Assembly (NCBI GenBank): GCA_009103225.1
Contig: RHPI01001855.1
Coordinates: 69,296 to 133,295, forward strand
Direction of reading: 5' to 3'
DNA from: Chlorokybus atmophyticus
Lineage: Eukaryota; Plantae; Mesostigma and Chlorokybus algae
Length of the DNA stretch: 64,000 nt
Below, piece by piece: positions 1 to 12,211 of the stretch. The notes beneath the pieces are model-generated. The model ran no database searches. It saw nothing but the letters and a program-made list of their open reading frames with translations, and had not been told where the DNA came from. Made by a program: the position numbers and the translations under genes. Positions within the stretch are counted from its first letter, which is position 1. Each line of letters starts with the position of its first letter.

Positions 1-345
1 CATCGCACCGCGCTTGCCGCAAACGCTTTGAAGGGCGCTGTCCCATGCTGTTGTAGGCACCTAAACAATGCATCAAGTTGCTACACGAAGCCTCCCACCC
101 TGCAACCGAACCATTCTTCCTCCATCCTAAGCTTGGCAGCTCCCTGCATGTAACATGTGCGTGTGTGTGCTTGAGCCAACCGTTGCATGCATGGCAGGTC
201 AACTGCCAGGCAAGACAAAGTTGTGTTGTGCTTACAACTCGACGTGTTACACAGACAGCGAGTGAATGACGGTTGGCTCTGTAACGCCACGTCACAGCCT
301 GACGTACGCACTTGCATGACAGCCTAACAGCGACTACAGACAACA

Positions 346-2799
346 ATGGATCCACTAGACATGATGATGGACTCCAGGTGATTCAAGGCGTTAAGAGTGC
401 AAGTATCTCTTCATGCTGCATGGTTTGACTTTATCTGACCATCAAATGCGAGAAATTTGTCACTCAGCAGTCATGATACAAGGATGATCATTCCATTCTT
501 GCCTGTGGTTGCTGTGAAGCTGTCATGCCATTCCGTACGTCATTGTGACGTGGCTTAAACAGATCAAACTGTCATTTCATCGTTGACACGTCAATTTGAG
601 CGCACGACACAGCTCTGTCTTGCATAGGCAGCTGATCACCCATGCATGCAAAGGTTAGCTCGTGAACATAGCCTGCCTGAGCACATGCACGCACATGCAG
701 GGAGCTGCCAAGCTTAGGAAGGGGGTGCAGTGGGTTGCAGCTTGGGAGGCTTCTTGTAGCAAAATGATGATGCATTGATCAGCTGCCTTCAACAGCATGG
801 GACAGCGCCCTGCCAAGCGTTTGCGGCAAGAGCCGTGCGTTGATGATGAAAACGGGCAAGAACTGCAACAATCAGAGACCCAGCTTGCTGCATGCATTAG
901 CAGCCTGCAAAGCGAACAGCAGCTGCATTTCAGGGCAGAGACGCTGCTTGCAGGTTTCATCTCTGAGCAAAAGCAGTTGATACTGCGAATACAAGCTTGC
1001 CAGCGGAGGCGTCAGCAAGAGCAAGCTTGGCGTGTGAAGGCACAGGAAGAGATTGCAGCCTTGCGACACCAGCTACAGCTGGCTTACAGGCAAGCACAGT
1101 ACGCATTGTGTAACTGTTGGTTCAAATATCCTTCAAATCTGCTTAACGCAAGCCTAATTTACTGATCAACATCTGCCTGCTCGTTACAGGTAGCAGCGCT
1201 ACTGCGACAGTGGCGGTGCCACCTGCTTTACATCAACAGTATGCACTTGCGGAAATGGAAGCACGCAGAGCTGCACAGGTCAGGAGAGTCAGTCGATTTT
1301 TCCAGTTATTTCTGCATCGGTTCAACACAGACGGCAAGTTTTGTATGCACAGGTCATTGCAGACTACAGATCTCTATTATTGATGCCAATGCGGAGCGCC
1401 TCGTGCCCAAGCACCTGCTTGCCATGACCCAAAACAGCGAGCGGATTGTGCAGCAATGGGTACAGGCGAGATGCTTCTTAGGCAACTTGTTATTGACTTG
1501 TGAAGGCGTGCCTTCTTACACCTTGCCACATGTGCGCCTACTTTTCCGCATGGTTGTCTTTCATTTGCATGCTGCGATGTTTGCATCAGTATTCATCATG
1601 CACGTTGTGAGGAGTGCAATGCCCAAGGCGTGAAGTGATCACGTGTGTAACGACGTCTCAGCTTGAATTGCACTTCTAGCATGTCACATCGTGTACGTGC
1701 GCATGGGTAGGCAACAGCATATATCATAACGGAGTGTAACGGGCATGCATCCACATCCTGTGTCTCAGCTTGAACAATGATGAAGTTGTGTGCTTGTTGT
1801 TATATCGCGTAGTTGGTCGGACATGCTCACATAGGGATGACTGCAGTTGCAACGTTGTCTGCTGGATTCATGGGTTAAACTGCAATGCAGCGCTCTGTTC
1901 AGCACTTGAACACCTGCTCACTGTCACAGGCAGGGGTTGAACATGCATTTCAGCTGCATTGCATGGACCGTTCGTTGCTCTTACAGGCCTGCTTGGTGGA
2001 TTCGTATGCTGCATTCTTTGAGCGCGAACTTTTCAACATGGGAGGACCTTCGTTTCCTGACCATCATGCTGAGCGGGCTGCCAGGTTTCAAGAGTATGAC
2101 ACAGAATTTGAGACCGGGTGCAACCGGTCTGTAGACGTGCAGATGGCGCATGCCATCTGGGTTCAGGAGTGCAGAGCAGAGTTATGCGGACAGCTAGTAC
2201 AGGTAACACATCTTGTTGTTCTTGACGTGTGCGGGCGTGGGATGTTGACCGAGTTAGCATCGAGCATCTTCATTCGTCTTTTAATTGTACACAAGCGCTG
2301 TGTGATCCGCATTCCGCACCAACTCCACTGCCTTGTACCAGTCACAATCAAGCAATTGAGTGCTTGTATGTTACTCACTCAGCAGCGTGCGCAGGAGCTC
2401 TATACGCAAGGGTGTCGTCAGCAAGCACAGGAAGGTCTCGCAGAATTGTACCACACACTCGACACCTGGCTTTCCAAATGGGAAACAGAAGTTTGGAAGC
2501 TCCACCTGTTCTCGTACGCGTTTCTGGTTCCTCCTTCTATCATCAGGCGCAACTCTGGCCAAGCAAAAGGAGTACTAGACCAGTTCTACCAGATTGCAAG
2601 AGATCCTATGGAGAAAACACCTGTTGCTGAGGAGCCAACAACCGCGGGCAGTACACGCACGGTGGCTCTCATGGTGTTGTTCGGCATGTCCCTCGGCAAG
2701 CACCATGTGCTGCCGTGCCACGTTGTAATGACACCTAGTTCAGCGCTTGCCACTCCACTGCCACATGTTGACCAGCATGGGCAGAGTTATCTTCCATAG
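346..2799 (+). CDS. Spliced gene, coiled-coil protein with GIL1/IRKI (DUF641-family)-like C-terminus
   Basis: Exons join in frame: ATG346-377, 796-1089, about 1197-1279, about 1369-1460, about 1930-2202, about 2382-2799. The C-terminus VWKLHLFSYAFLVPPSII...TVALMVLFGMSLGKHHVLPCHV resembles the plant GIL1/IRKI motif WLLHxLAFSFDPPASIF...VGFTVxPGFKIGKTVIQC. Internal exon edges are approximate. Confidence 0.55.
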
Positions 2800-3619
2800 C
2801 CTAGCTGCTCTCCAGGTGTATAATTCATGCCTACTGATGGTGGGCCAAACGCTTGTGGCAAAAAGTGCCAGATCAATTCCCATTTTATACTACGGGGATG
2901 CTAGTTCTTGTTCAGTATCACACTGATGCCAGGCCCACACCCTTGCGCCACAGACATGAGCGCGGGGAACCACCTACAACTGTAGTTACTGCAGGTCAAA
3001 TAGTGCCTTAGGAGCGTCAATGCTGGGCTATTTAGACACTGCCTGTTGGCGCCAAGTGTACAGGATAAGCGTGTAGCTGTCATAAATATGCATGTTCACA
3101 CCGTGCATCACATAGCATGCTACAGGCACCTTCATGCTGCATGTACGTCTACCAGGCTAATTGTACTCTACTCTACTTGCACTCCCACCGCCCCCTCGTT
3201 AGCCATGCATGCATGCGTCAACGGCAGTGGTAGTCACCTGCACAGCGGCTGTGGTTAGCAGCCAGCCCTTGTAGGAGCAGCGGCAACAATAGCAGACGAT
3301 GACTCATGAACTCCTCCACCGCCGCCTGTCCGCAGTTGTTGGCGAATCTGAAAAAGGTTACATGCAGACTGTGCAGTACGATTTGCAGATACAGCCAGTC
3401 AGCAGAGTTGCAGCTAGCACAGTACGTGACTGACATAGTAACTCCGGAAGCTGCATGTACGTCCTCATGGAGAACTTCCGGAGCTAGGAGCAGGTCAACC
3501 TTCCTTGATGCAAGTCCAAAGGCAGCAACAGAACTTCCATTAAGTTAAGCCAATGCATCCATTGATTAGACCCTAGTGTGTGCACTTCATAATGCTTTCA
3601 CCTCGTCATCATTATATGT

Positions 3620-3900
3620 ACGGTATCACCCTAATGCTACATACATTACAAGTTGTAATTTACAAGCCGCACTGTACTTCAAGGTCTAATTTTTACTTCA
3701 GCCGTTTGCTACTATAACAATAAAGAAATACGGTCTGCAGGTCTTTAGCAACACACACGTAAGTTGCATTGATGTCTGTGTTGCTAAAGACCTGCAGACC
3801 TAACTTGGAAATACAACCGAGACAACTCGGTTGTATTTTCAAGTTAGTCGGACTCGGAAAAAGGATTGTAATGTATGTAGCAGTACGGTAATTTCACCGT
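3620..3900. mobile_element. MITE-like palindromic element
   Basis: Outer 17-bp perfect inverted repeat (3635-3651 / 3866-3882) extends imperfectly to ACGGT/ACCGT ends. Internal 24-bp perfect IR (3732-3755 / 3777-3800) and 20-bp IR with 1 mismatch (3802-3821 / 3826-3845). No clear TSD. Confidence 0.5.
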
Positions 3901-4267
3901 TTCACCTAATTTCACCTGATACGTCTATCACATTATTTTCATTTACAGACCGTCGTAACGTACTTTATCTGACGGTGATCCTCACTTGAGCTCTTCCTGG
4001 AAGCCACATGATTAATAAATGCCTTAACGAATGCTCAGCTTCCGTTAACTCTCCCGGAATACTCCGGAAGCGTCGGGAAGGCACGCCACAGTCGACCAGG
4101 CCTACCTCACCTGTCACGTGCAAGTGACCGCGTGCACATGTGCCGCTGTCAGACTGCTTCTTCTTCGCTTATCCCAGCGCTTGCCGGGCAGCTGCACCAA
4201 CCACGGTGGCGGCGACGACGACAGCGACACCACCACCGGCGCAGCACCGCTTGCTGCCGAGCCCGCC

Positions 4268-7200
4268 ATGGGTCTGACGGGCAGCAGGCCTGAAGCAGGC
4301 GACGTGCAGGAGGAGGACTCCGACACCACCGCCCCTGCGTCAGCAGAGGTGGACTCTGACACGGCCGCCCCTGAGTCAGCCGCCGCCGCTGCCACTGTGA
4401 AGTTGTACAAGTATGAAGCCGCCTCCAAGAAGTGGAAGCTGGTGGCGGCGCCAGTGGAGCCCAAGTACGAGGACGACGCCCTCGGCCAGCGCGAGTTTGC
4501 CTGGTAACCGCCACTTGAACGCCGATTCGCTTACCAGCTCCAACTGATCACCTTGTCGAACAAGTTGCTTACCAATCACATACGTCTTTCGTGTTGTCAA
4601 CGTGCTGACGCTCCATGCAAGTAGCATGTCGGATAACATGCACGTTCCGGGTCTGCATGTGTGCGCAAGCCAGGCCAACCTGACTGTGTGCACAGGGCAA
4701 GTTTTCAAGTTAGACATCATGATCAATCTGAATAGTCATGACTTCTTTTCAGCCTGGAACAGGGCAGGCACGGCATTCCTTGAGATCGCGTTTGGTGTGC
4801 TCAAAGCTGCCTGTCTGCCTTGTGCCAGTGGCATGCACTGCCCAAGCTTGGTGCTATCTCAGCCAAGGCCTCACACACGTCTGGTCTGAGAGTCAGTTGT
4901 GACTACCATTTCGTGCGACACTACAGTTGTGTCAACAATGCATAGCTTGGACTCCAATGTCACAACTACTATTGACACGTGCGGTTGCAACAGGTACCTT
5001 ACTGTGGAGCCTCAAGTACGCGTTAAAGTCAACGACAACTGCCGCCTGCACATGGATGGACACCAAAAGCTGGTGTCCTTCATCGCTGGCAGTGTCTGGG
5101 CTCTCAAGTTTGGCGACGAAAACAGGCATGACCCCCCCCCACACCCCCCNNNNNNNNNNNNNNNNNNNNNNNNNNNNNNNNNNNNNNNNNNNNNNNNNNN
5201 NNNNNNNNNNNNNNNNNNNNNNCCACACCCCCCCCCCACACCCCCCCACCCTGACAGCGCATAGTTCATGCTAATGGTTCATCCCAACAACCCTGGTTGA
5301 TTGCTATGTGTCTTTGTAGGTACCGTAAGTTCGTGCAAGACTGGCAAGACAAGCTGTTTGAGAACGCTCGCAAGATGGAGGCCACGGATGCCAACCGCAC
5401 GAGAGTGTTTGCCTCACTGTATGACGAACAGTTTGTGAACTGGGCTCAAGGGCAAGACGAGGGCACTGAGTTTGGCGCTCATGAGGAGGACGAGACAGAA
5501 CCCGCTGATGTAACATATGACGAACAGAAGGCTGCGCAAGTTGCGGTACGCTAATAACGCACTCAACTTGACTGAGTTTGTCTCTCATCGCCCAAGCCAA
5601 GCACTAACAAGAGAATGAACAGTGAAGTCAGAGCTCACCAATTGCACTCTGCGTGTGTGATTGAAACGGGTCCGCTGATCGTGAAGTCTTCTTTGCAGGG
5701 CTCAAAAGCAAGTTATCTTGAGGTTGGAGCCCTTGATAATAGCTTTGTTATTCGCGGGTCGGGCGTGGATGTGTACCGCAACATTCTCAACGGCGTCCAG
5801 AGTGCCGGCGTGAGCGTTAGCCTCCGCGACTCTGTGGGCGCCAGCATCACACCTCACAAAGCAATGCTGGCACAGAGGGTACGGCTCTGTTTGCTGCTTT
5901 AATCGCATAGCATTTTCATCAACTATGCAAATAAATTTGTTACTAACTGCTCAGGAGCGCTCGCTGCTGATGCTGAGTTCAGAGAGAAGGCACAGTGTCT
6001 ATCAGATGGACATAGAAACCAACAATGTTGTTACCGAGTGGGCATTCCAGAGAGACAGTAAGGACGTGCCTATGCGGGATATCCAGAGCGTCACAAAGAG
6101 CGCCCAGATGGAAGACACGTGAGTGATCAGTTCAATGCACAGTCCCATGCATGCATATCCACTAACTGAGTACAATTTTAGGAGCACTTTCCTTGGGCTG
6201 GACGACAATTGCTTGGCACGCTGGGACATGCGTGTTGCGAGGGGCGTGGTGCAACAACTCAGCGCCAAAACGGTGTTGAGCCACGTCTGCGGGCGTGATT
6301 ACAAAACAAACGTTCAATTCAAGTGGGGTTGTGCTTTGCTGTATGCACATTACACCGAGCACATTGTCATGCCCAATTGCTCAAGCCATGGCTGCTTGCA
6401 GGTGCATGGCAACAACTGGAGACGGGTGCATTGCTGTTGGCTCCGATGATGGCAAGATACGTCTCTATGGTCACCAGGAGTTCAACGACAAAACGAGCGC
6501 CAAGACTACATTCCCTGGGTTGGGCTCCCCCATCACCGCCATTGACGTCACGTACAATGGACACTGGGTGCTTGCCACGACAGACCTTTACCTGTTGCTG
6601 ATTGACACTACTTATAAAGACAAGACATGCATTAAAACCGGTTTCCAGGTACAAGGGCATGCATGTCATGCCATTGCAGCAGGCAAGGTGATTCAAACTA
6701 CTCATGCATAACTCGTTCATATATCAGGCTCCCCTTCGTTCTAAGCTTGCAGCGCCTCGCCTGCTCAAGCTTCATCCCGAAGACGTGTTTGCCACAAATA
6801 GCGCTCCTTTGCGCAATGCGCGGTTGTCGTGGGTGACTGAAAATGGTAGAAATGTAAGGGGCAACAATCGCAACGTTCAAGGTTGTTATAGCCTTAGGGT
6901 GTTGTCCGTGTTAACGGGTATGTTGTCTCATTGTGACAGGAACGTTGGGTGGTGGCGTCCGTTGGTAGCCACGCAGTAGTTTGGAACTTTGCGCGCATCA
7001 AGGATCAGAACGATCACAGCTGCTACACTCAATCTGAGGGCTTGAGGAACTGCTGCTATTGTTACAGGTATAGCCTTGTTGCCCAGATTGTTCTCGTTTC
7101 ATGCTGACATGCATGCCATTAAAATGGTTCACCCAACCAACCACATTGCTATGTGCTTACAGCTTGATACCCAAGACCGAGCAGGTTGTGGCCAGCGAAT

Positions 7201-7322
7201 TTATGCATGCAAATCACTCGAACTTGGGTGATGGACAGCTGGTCGTTGCCACGCCACATGCCGTGTACTCGTGCACTCCACGCCTGAGCAGGATCTCTGC
7301 AAATAGGCGACAAACTCTTTAA
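4268..7322 (+). CDS. VID27: VID27 / CYPRO4-like WD40-type cytoplasmic protein, about 10-11 exons
   Basis: Spliced translation gives MGLTGSRPE..., WALKFGDE, LEVGALDNSFVIRGSGVDVY, SVYQMDIETNNVVTEWAF, STFLGLDDNCLARWDMR, CMATTGDGCIAVGSDDGKIRLY, AKTTFPGLGSPITAIDVTYNGHWVLATTD, APRLLKLHPED, ERWVVASVG, VVATPHAVYS. These are characteristic of the VID27 family. Stop at 7322. Confidence 0.9.
5151..5222. other. Assembly gap (N run) flanked by poly-C inside a VID27 intron
   Basis: 72 N bases. Confidence 1.
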
Positions 7323-10300
7323 TTTCCATTGTTCCTGCAACACTACAGAGGGTAGATGTGAACTGCCGCATGGTATCACTTAGCAGCTGCAGACCACAAC
7401 TTGCAGCTGCGCCGCTACCTGTAACATACAGTATGGCTGATCTCCTCCCTGTTCTTACCCATCCGCATGTCAGCATCCACTTGATTACCCCGCAACTCGC
7501 TCCTTGGCGGCCTACCCTTTGAGCCGCTGAACCTCTCTCACAAGCTCCTGACACTGCTCCGTCTACTTACCCCTCTCAAGCTGCATTTCGTTCACACCTC
7601 ATTTAACTTAGGGTGCACAGGCATTGAAGGTTGGCTCGTGGCCTCAACGCAATGGCAGACCTGCTGAGACAATTGGTCGTGCGTATAACTTACCAAGTTT
7701 CATGATAGCAAGAACGCTAGATCCATTATTAGGAACGTTCCTGTCAGACTTGAAAATTTCTTAGTATATCACAGCTCTTAACCTTGTATGCACGGTGCAA
7801 CACGAAGCTGTGTAGTTCTTATTCTTCCAATAGAGGCTACATGAACACACGTATGCTACGTTGCTGCTGTTGTTGCCACTACTGTTGTGGGTAAGCATTT
7901 CTGCTGATGTTTGCCATGTGCAACAACTGCTCACATTCCGCACATGGCGTACTATTTTCAATCTGAAACTGCAATGAATGTCAGCCTACCAACCATGCAG
8001 ACTTGGAAGTCCTACAAGAACAGAATCTCGTCCTAGGCACCGCGTTGCTGGCCGTTCACGACCGACAAAGATTTAAAGCCTAATTACGAAATCAGACAGC
8101 ACTTGTTTTGCTGTAGACATTGCCTGAAGCTTACACCATCAAACACTGAACGGATGGGTGCAATGGACATGTGCTCGGACAAGCTTGTGGACCCCAACCA
8201 ACTCTTAGCAGTAAGCCTACGACAAGCCATCGCAACTGATCACAACTGAACTCAAGGGTAAACCATCTAAACAATGCAGCATGGCAGCTGCTGCTCCATG
8301 CCAATGCTGGACCAGACCAGTCAACCATGGCAGCAATGGCAGAGAACCTTGCGAAGGGGGGAGTTTCGTACCTTGTCGGCCTCCCTCAAAGTAAGCCCGT
8401 CGCTGTGCCAAATGCTCAAGGCCTGACGCCGCACCGCCTTCCCGCAGAATCCCCACAGCGCCGACCGCCGATCAGCCTGAGCACAAGCGCAAGCTGCAAG
8501 CTTAAAGCTCGAAGCTTGCAAGAAAACTACTGTAACATGATGATGACTGTACTGCAGGTCGTTGAGCGGCGGCAGAGACGGCGTCGTCGTCGCTGCACGG
8601 GTCAAGAAGTTGAATTTGCAGCTGTTTTCCACCCAAGACGACTGGAGCACCTTGGTTCTGAACAGCCCCATAGCCGGCAGGCGGCAGGGGAGTTGGACGC
8701 AAGCAGGTACTGGGCGAGAATAAGCATGCAAGTCGAATCCGGTGAAAAGTTCTCCTTGGGTTGGTAATCTTGCAGGTGTTGTTCGACACCGAAGTGGTCT
8801 TTGGCATTGCTGTGTCTGTGTCTGCCTTTTCATTCATGCAATACTGCTTCCACTTCCCACATGCACGGTTTAGCGCACGCCAACATCGCTTGCGCTTCCT
8901 ACTGTTTGGAATTGAGACAACAACTGCAGGATTTGAGCCATGTCAACCAAGCCTATGTAGTTGCCCACTGCCTGGCGCTTCGCTCTACTTCAGTTTTCGT
9001 GCTTGTCCCTTGTTTGTGTTTCATTTGTGTGATACCAGAACCTGATCCCCTGCAACGCAACCTGTACTTCTCCCTGTCACTGCCGGTGGCACCAAGGAAC
9101 GTATATGGTCATTGCACTGCTCAGCATCATCTCCTGTGCCGGGGGGCATTGTATTGCGCGATTGTTCAACAACCAGTGTGCTGAGGCCAGCACTGTTCAG
9201 GCACCCCACAGTCCAGTGAACGCACGCACGCAGGCACACATCTGATTGACTGGTGTTTTTCTTGTGTTTGTCCTCTCTCATGGATGCATGTCACACGCGT
9301 TGATTGAATATGTCAACGAACAACGGCGCAGACGTTTGGCATTACTGACTGAAGTGGTCTTAAGGCTGTACACCTGCAACCTTCAACAGCAGGAATGCAG
9401 CAAGTATAGACTAGATCAGCCAAATAAATTCAAGCAGCAGCAAGTAGCGCACATGTCACATGTCACAATGCGTATCACAACCGCAGAGCAGCATCAGCAT
9501 GTTGCCAACATGCATGCTATGCAAGGACGCGAGCTCGGTGCTTTCGTTCCTGTGCGTGTGTTGCTAATGCCAGACGGAAACCACTGTGCAAGCTGTCACT
9601 TACTATGGGATTGCACCAATCGTGCGGTTTGCGCTCAGTCCGAAGCACCACTTGCCAGGCTGCAAAGGCAGGAAACAAGCAAGTGGGACTGACAAGCCTG
9701 TCTGCATGCATGCATGCGTGCGTGCGTGCGTGAACGCATGCATATGTGCGCATGCAATTGCATGTGTGCCCATGTCCGCATGTGGTTACGTGTACATGCA
9801 TGCGCAAGCCTGCTTGAGTGCAGAAGTGCGAGCTGCGATGCTTGTCTCGATTGTTCCTGAGCGCACAGCATTTGGATGCCATCGATCCAGTGGCAGTTGT
9901 ATGCACCTGCCCGTTGTTGGAACTCTCTCTGGTTGACATGCCGACCGCAGCGGTGCACGCACCGGGCAGGGTGTAGGCGCGGACCCCATCTCCAACATGG
10001 CATTCCGCTTGAGCTGTGCAGTAAAGGCACATGAACTCCAACCCTTATGATCAGGTTGTGCACAACGTCTTCATAAGCGTGCTCAACCCGGCAGCTTCTG
10101 TTGTCTGACACGCACATGATGTCATAACGCTATGTGGCCAAAAAGGACAATCACTAGCTATAATAAGCGCCAACATCCGCGCGACAGCATGACTTGTAAA
10201 GACCAGTGTACTGTTGCAGCCACACAACTTTGCACACACGCTCTTCTGCTTGCTGTGAGCTTCCCACACGCTGTGGACACTGACCACGCTGCCAGCGTGT

Positions 10301-11615
10301 GCGGGTGGTTTCAGTGTGTTGTAGGAACAAGCGGGGGTGAGGCGGTAGTGAATCAACGAGCCTCGCTAAGTTGCTTTGCGTACATGGCTCGGTGGTTGAC
10401 TGTGTTTGCTGGTTGTGTTGTGTTCGCAGGTTTGCTCGTGTGTGATGCATGCAAACAGCACCCCATTTCATCTGGTGCACAACACTAGTCCCCGAAAAGC
10501 CCTTAGCATGTTGCAACAATGCAATCAACGCACAAGTTCCTTAACGTACCAACGGCAAAACCTACCACCCTTGCATTTTGTAAACCAGCAGCACGTAATT
10601 TCAATGCTGTGTTCCATCTTTTTGTACAGCAGTTCAACATACCTGCTATACTTGTGTATAAGTTCGTGTGTGCCGTCAGTACGTTCAGTGTTGCTCTTGA
10701 GTCATTAGCACGGTGTACAGAACTGCGGAGGATGATGCGCACATGCATGGACATTGCACAGCACACAGCATGTATTGCCACAAAAGCTGACAACCTATTT
10801 CAGTCAAAGGGTCTGTACAGTTTAGCTGGGCGTTACACAAGATACTGTCCCCTGTGCCTGGCGTTCAAAGTGGGCTGTCAGTTATTCCAGGTCAGGTTCC
10901 ACAGATCTCTTGGTGGTCGCTCATTCCGCTGCTCGTTTGCACCACCCATGCTTGCTGGATTCCATTTAGGGTGGAACCTCACATGGCTCAGATCCTTCTC
11001 ATTCCAGCGCACCCAAAGCGGTCCACCCATAGCCCCGGATCACATGTCCTCGACTGCCATGCCACTCCGATGACCTCACCACCCACCACCCACTTCCTGC
11101 AGTCCTTATGGTTGCGGAACTCTGTAGCTTATTCCGCATGCAGCATTGTACCCTTGCTCATTCAACCCTCTCACGACTCCAGACATCCACACCTCTCTCT
11201 TGCGGGAATTGGCAGCAGCTTGATCGCTACGCCGGGTTGGCGTCTTCCATGATCCTGGCCACATCGACGTTGAGGTTGACGTGGACGTTGTGCGTCCATG
11301 TTCCGGCACAATGCCTACCGCCCTGGAGCACACTGCCGACACCCACCCACTTGCACTCTCAGGCTTCCCGCACCACAGCCACACTTCGTCCACTGGCCGT
11401 GAATGACTCTCGGTTCTGCAGATCCCTTACTCCTCGAACCAGCACAGCATCGCTTGGCCAAGCAGCCCACGCCTTGTAGGAAGAGGTAGGTATGGGCCTG
11501 CCTGTTGCCAGATGGCCAATATCACGGTTGTAGTCAAGTGCAGTGAGACTGCATGTCGTCAGTAGACACAGGTCCTACGTCTTGTCGACCGATTGGCTTG
11601 ACATACGGCTACCGG

Positions 11616-11777
11616 TACTGTTGCCCGCTCATCGTGTGCCCTTCCGCCATATATAAAGGCAATGTGTTGGTACGTAAGCCCAATATGCATTCTTCATACT
11701 GTTGCCCGCTCATCGTGTGCCCTTCCGCCATATATAAAGGCAATGTATTGGTACGTAAGCCCAATATGCATTCTTCA
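11616..11777. repeat. Tandem duplication, 2 x 81 bp
   Basis: 11616-11696 and 11697-11777 differ by one base. Each copy contains ATATATAAAG. Confidence 0.95.
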
Positions 11778-12181
11778 ACAATTCAGTGGTGGTACTCAGC
11801 CAAACAATGGCTGGCATAATTGAAGAACGCAGTGTCAGCTGCTGACAGGCAAGTACCTAGCTGAAGGGATGCTGGGGCGTCACGCGTTCCACTCACTGTC
11901 AGGTCTTGTCAATGTTTCAGCTTGCTGTCATTGTTCAGCTCAGCTCAGCTAGTGCGTACGATCGAATGTCAGGCGCTGGAGTGAACACCAAAATGGAATG
12001 CAACGGCAGTCGACCGTTCTTGTGCGCAACACTCCACTTGCTTGGTGACTGCATGCGCTTGCAGTGTCGCATCAAGCAAGGTCCTTGCAGTCACAGTGTC
12101 AGTACCTGCGAAGCGGGCTTAACGCGGCGTCCCTTTACCACATTGCACTGAGATGTGACAGCCTGGTGACATCCCTAAGGC

Positions 12182-12211
12182 GAAGAAGAAGAAGAAGAAG
12201 AAGAAGAAGAA
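12182..12211 (+). repeat. (GAA)10 microsatellite
   Basis: Read directly. Confidence 0.95.
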
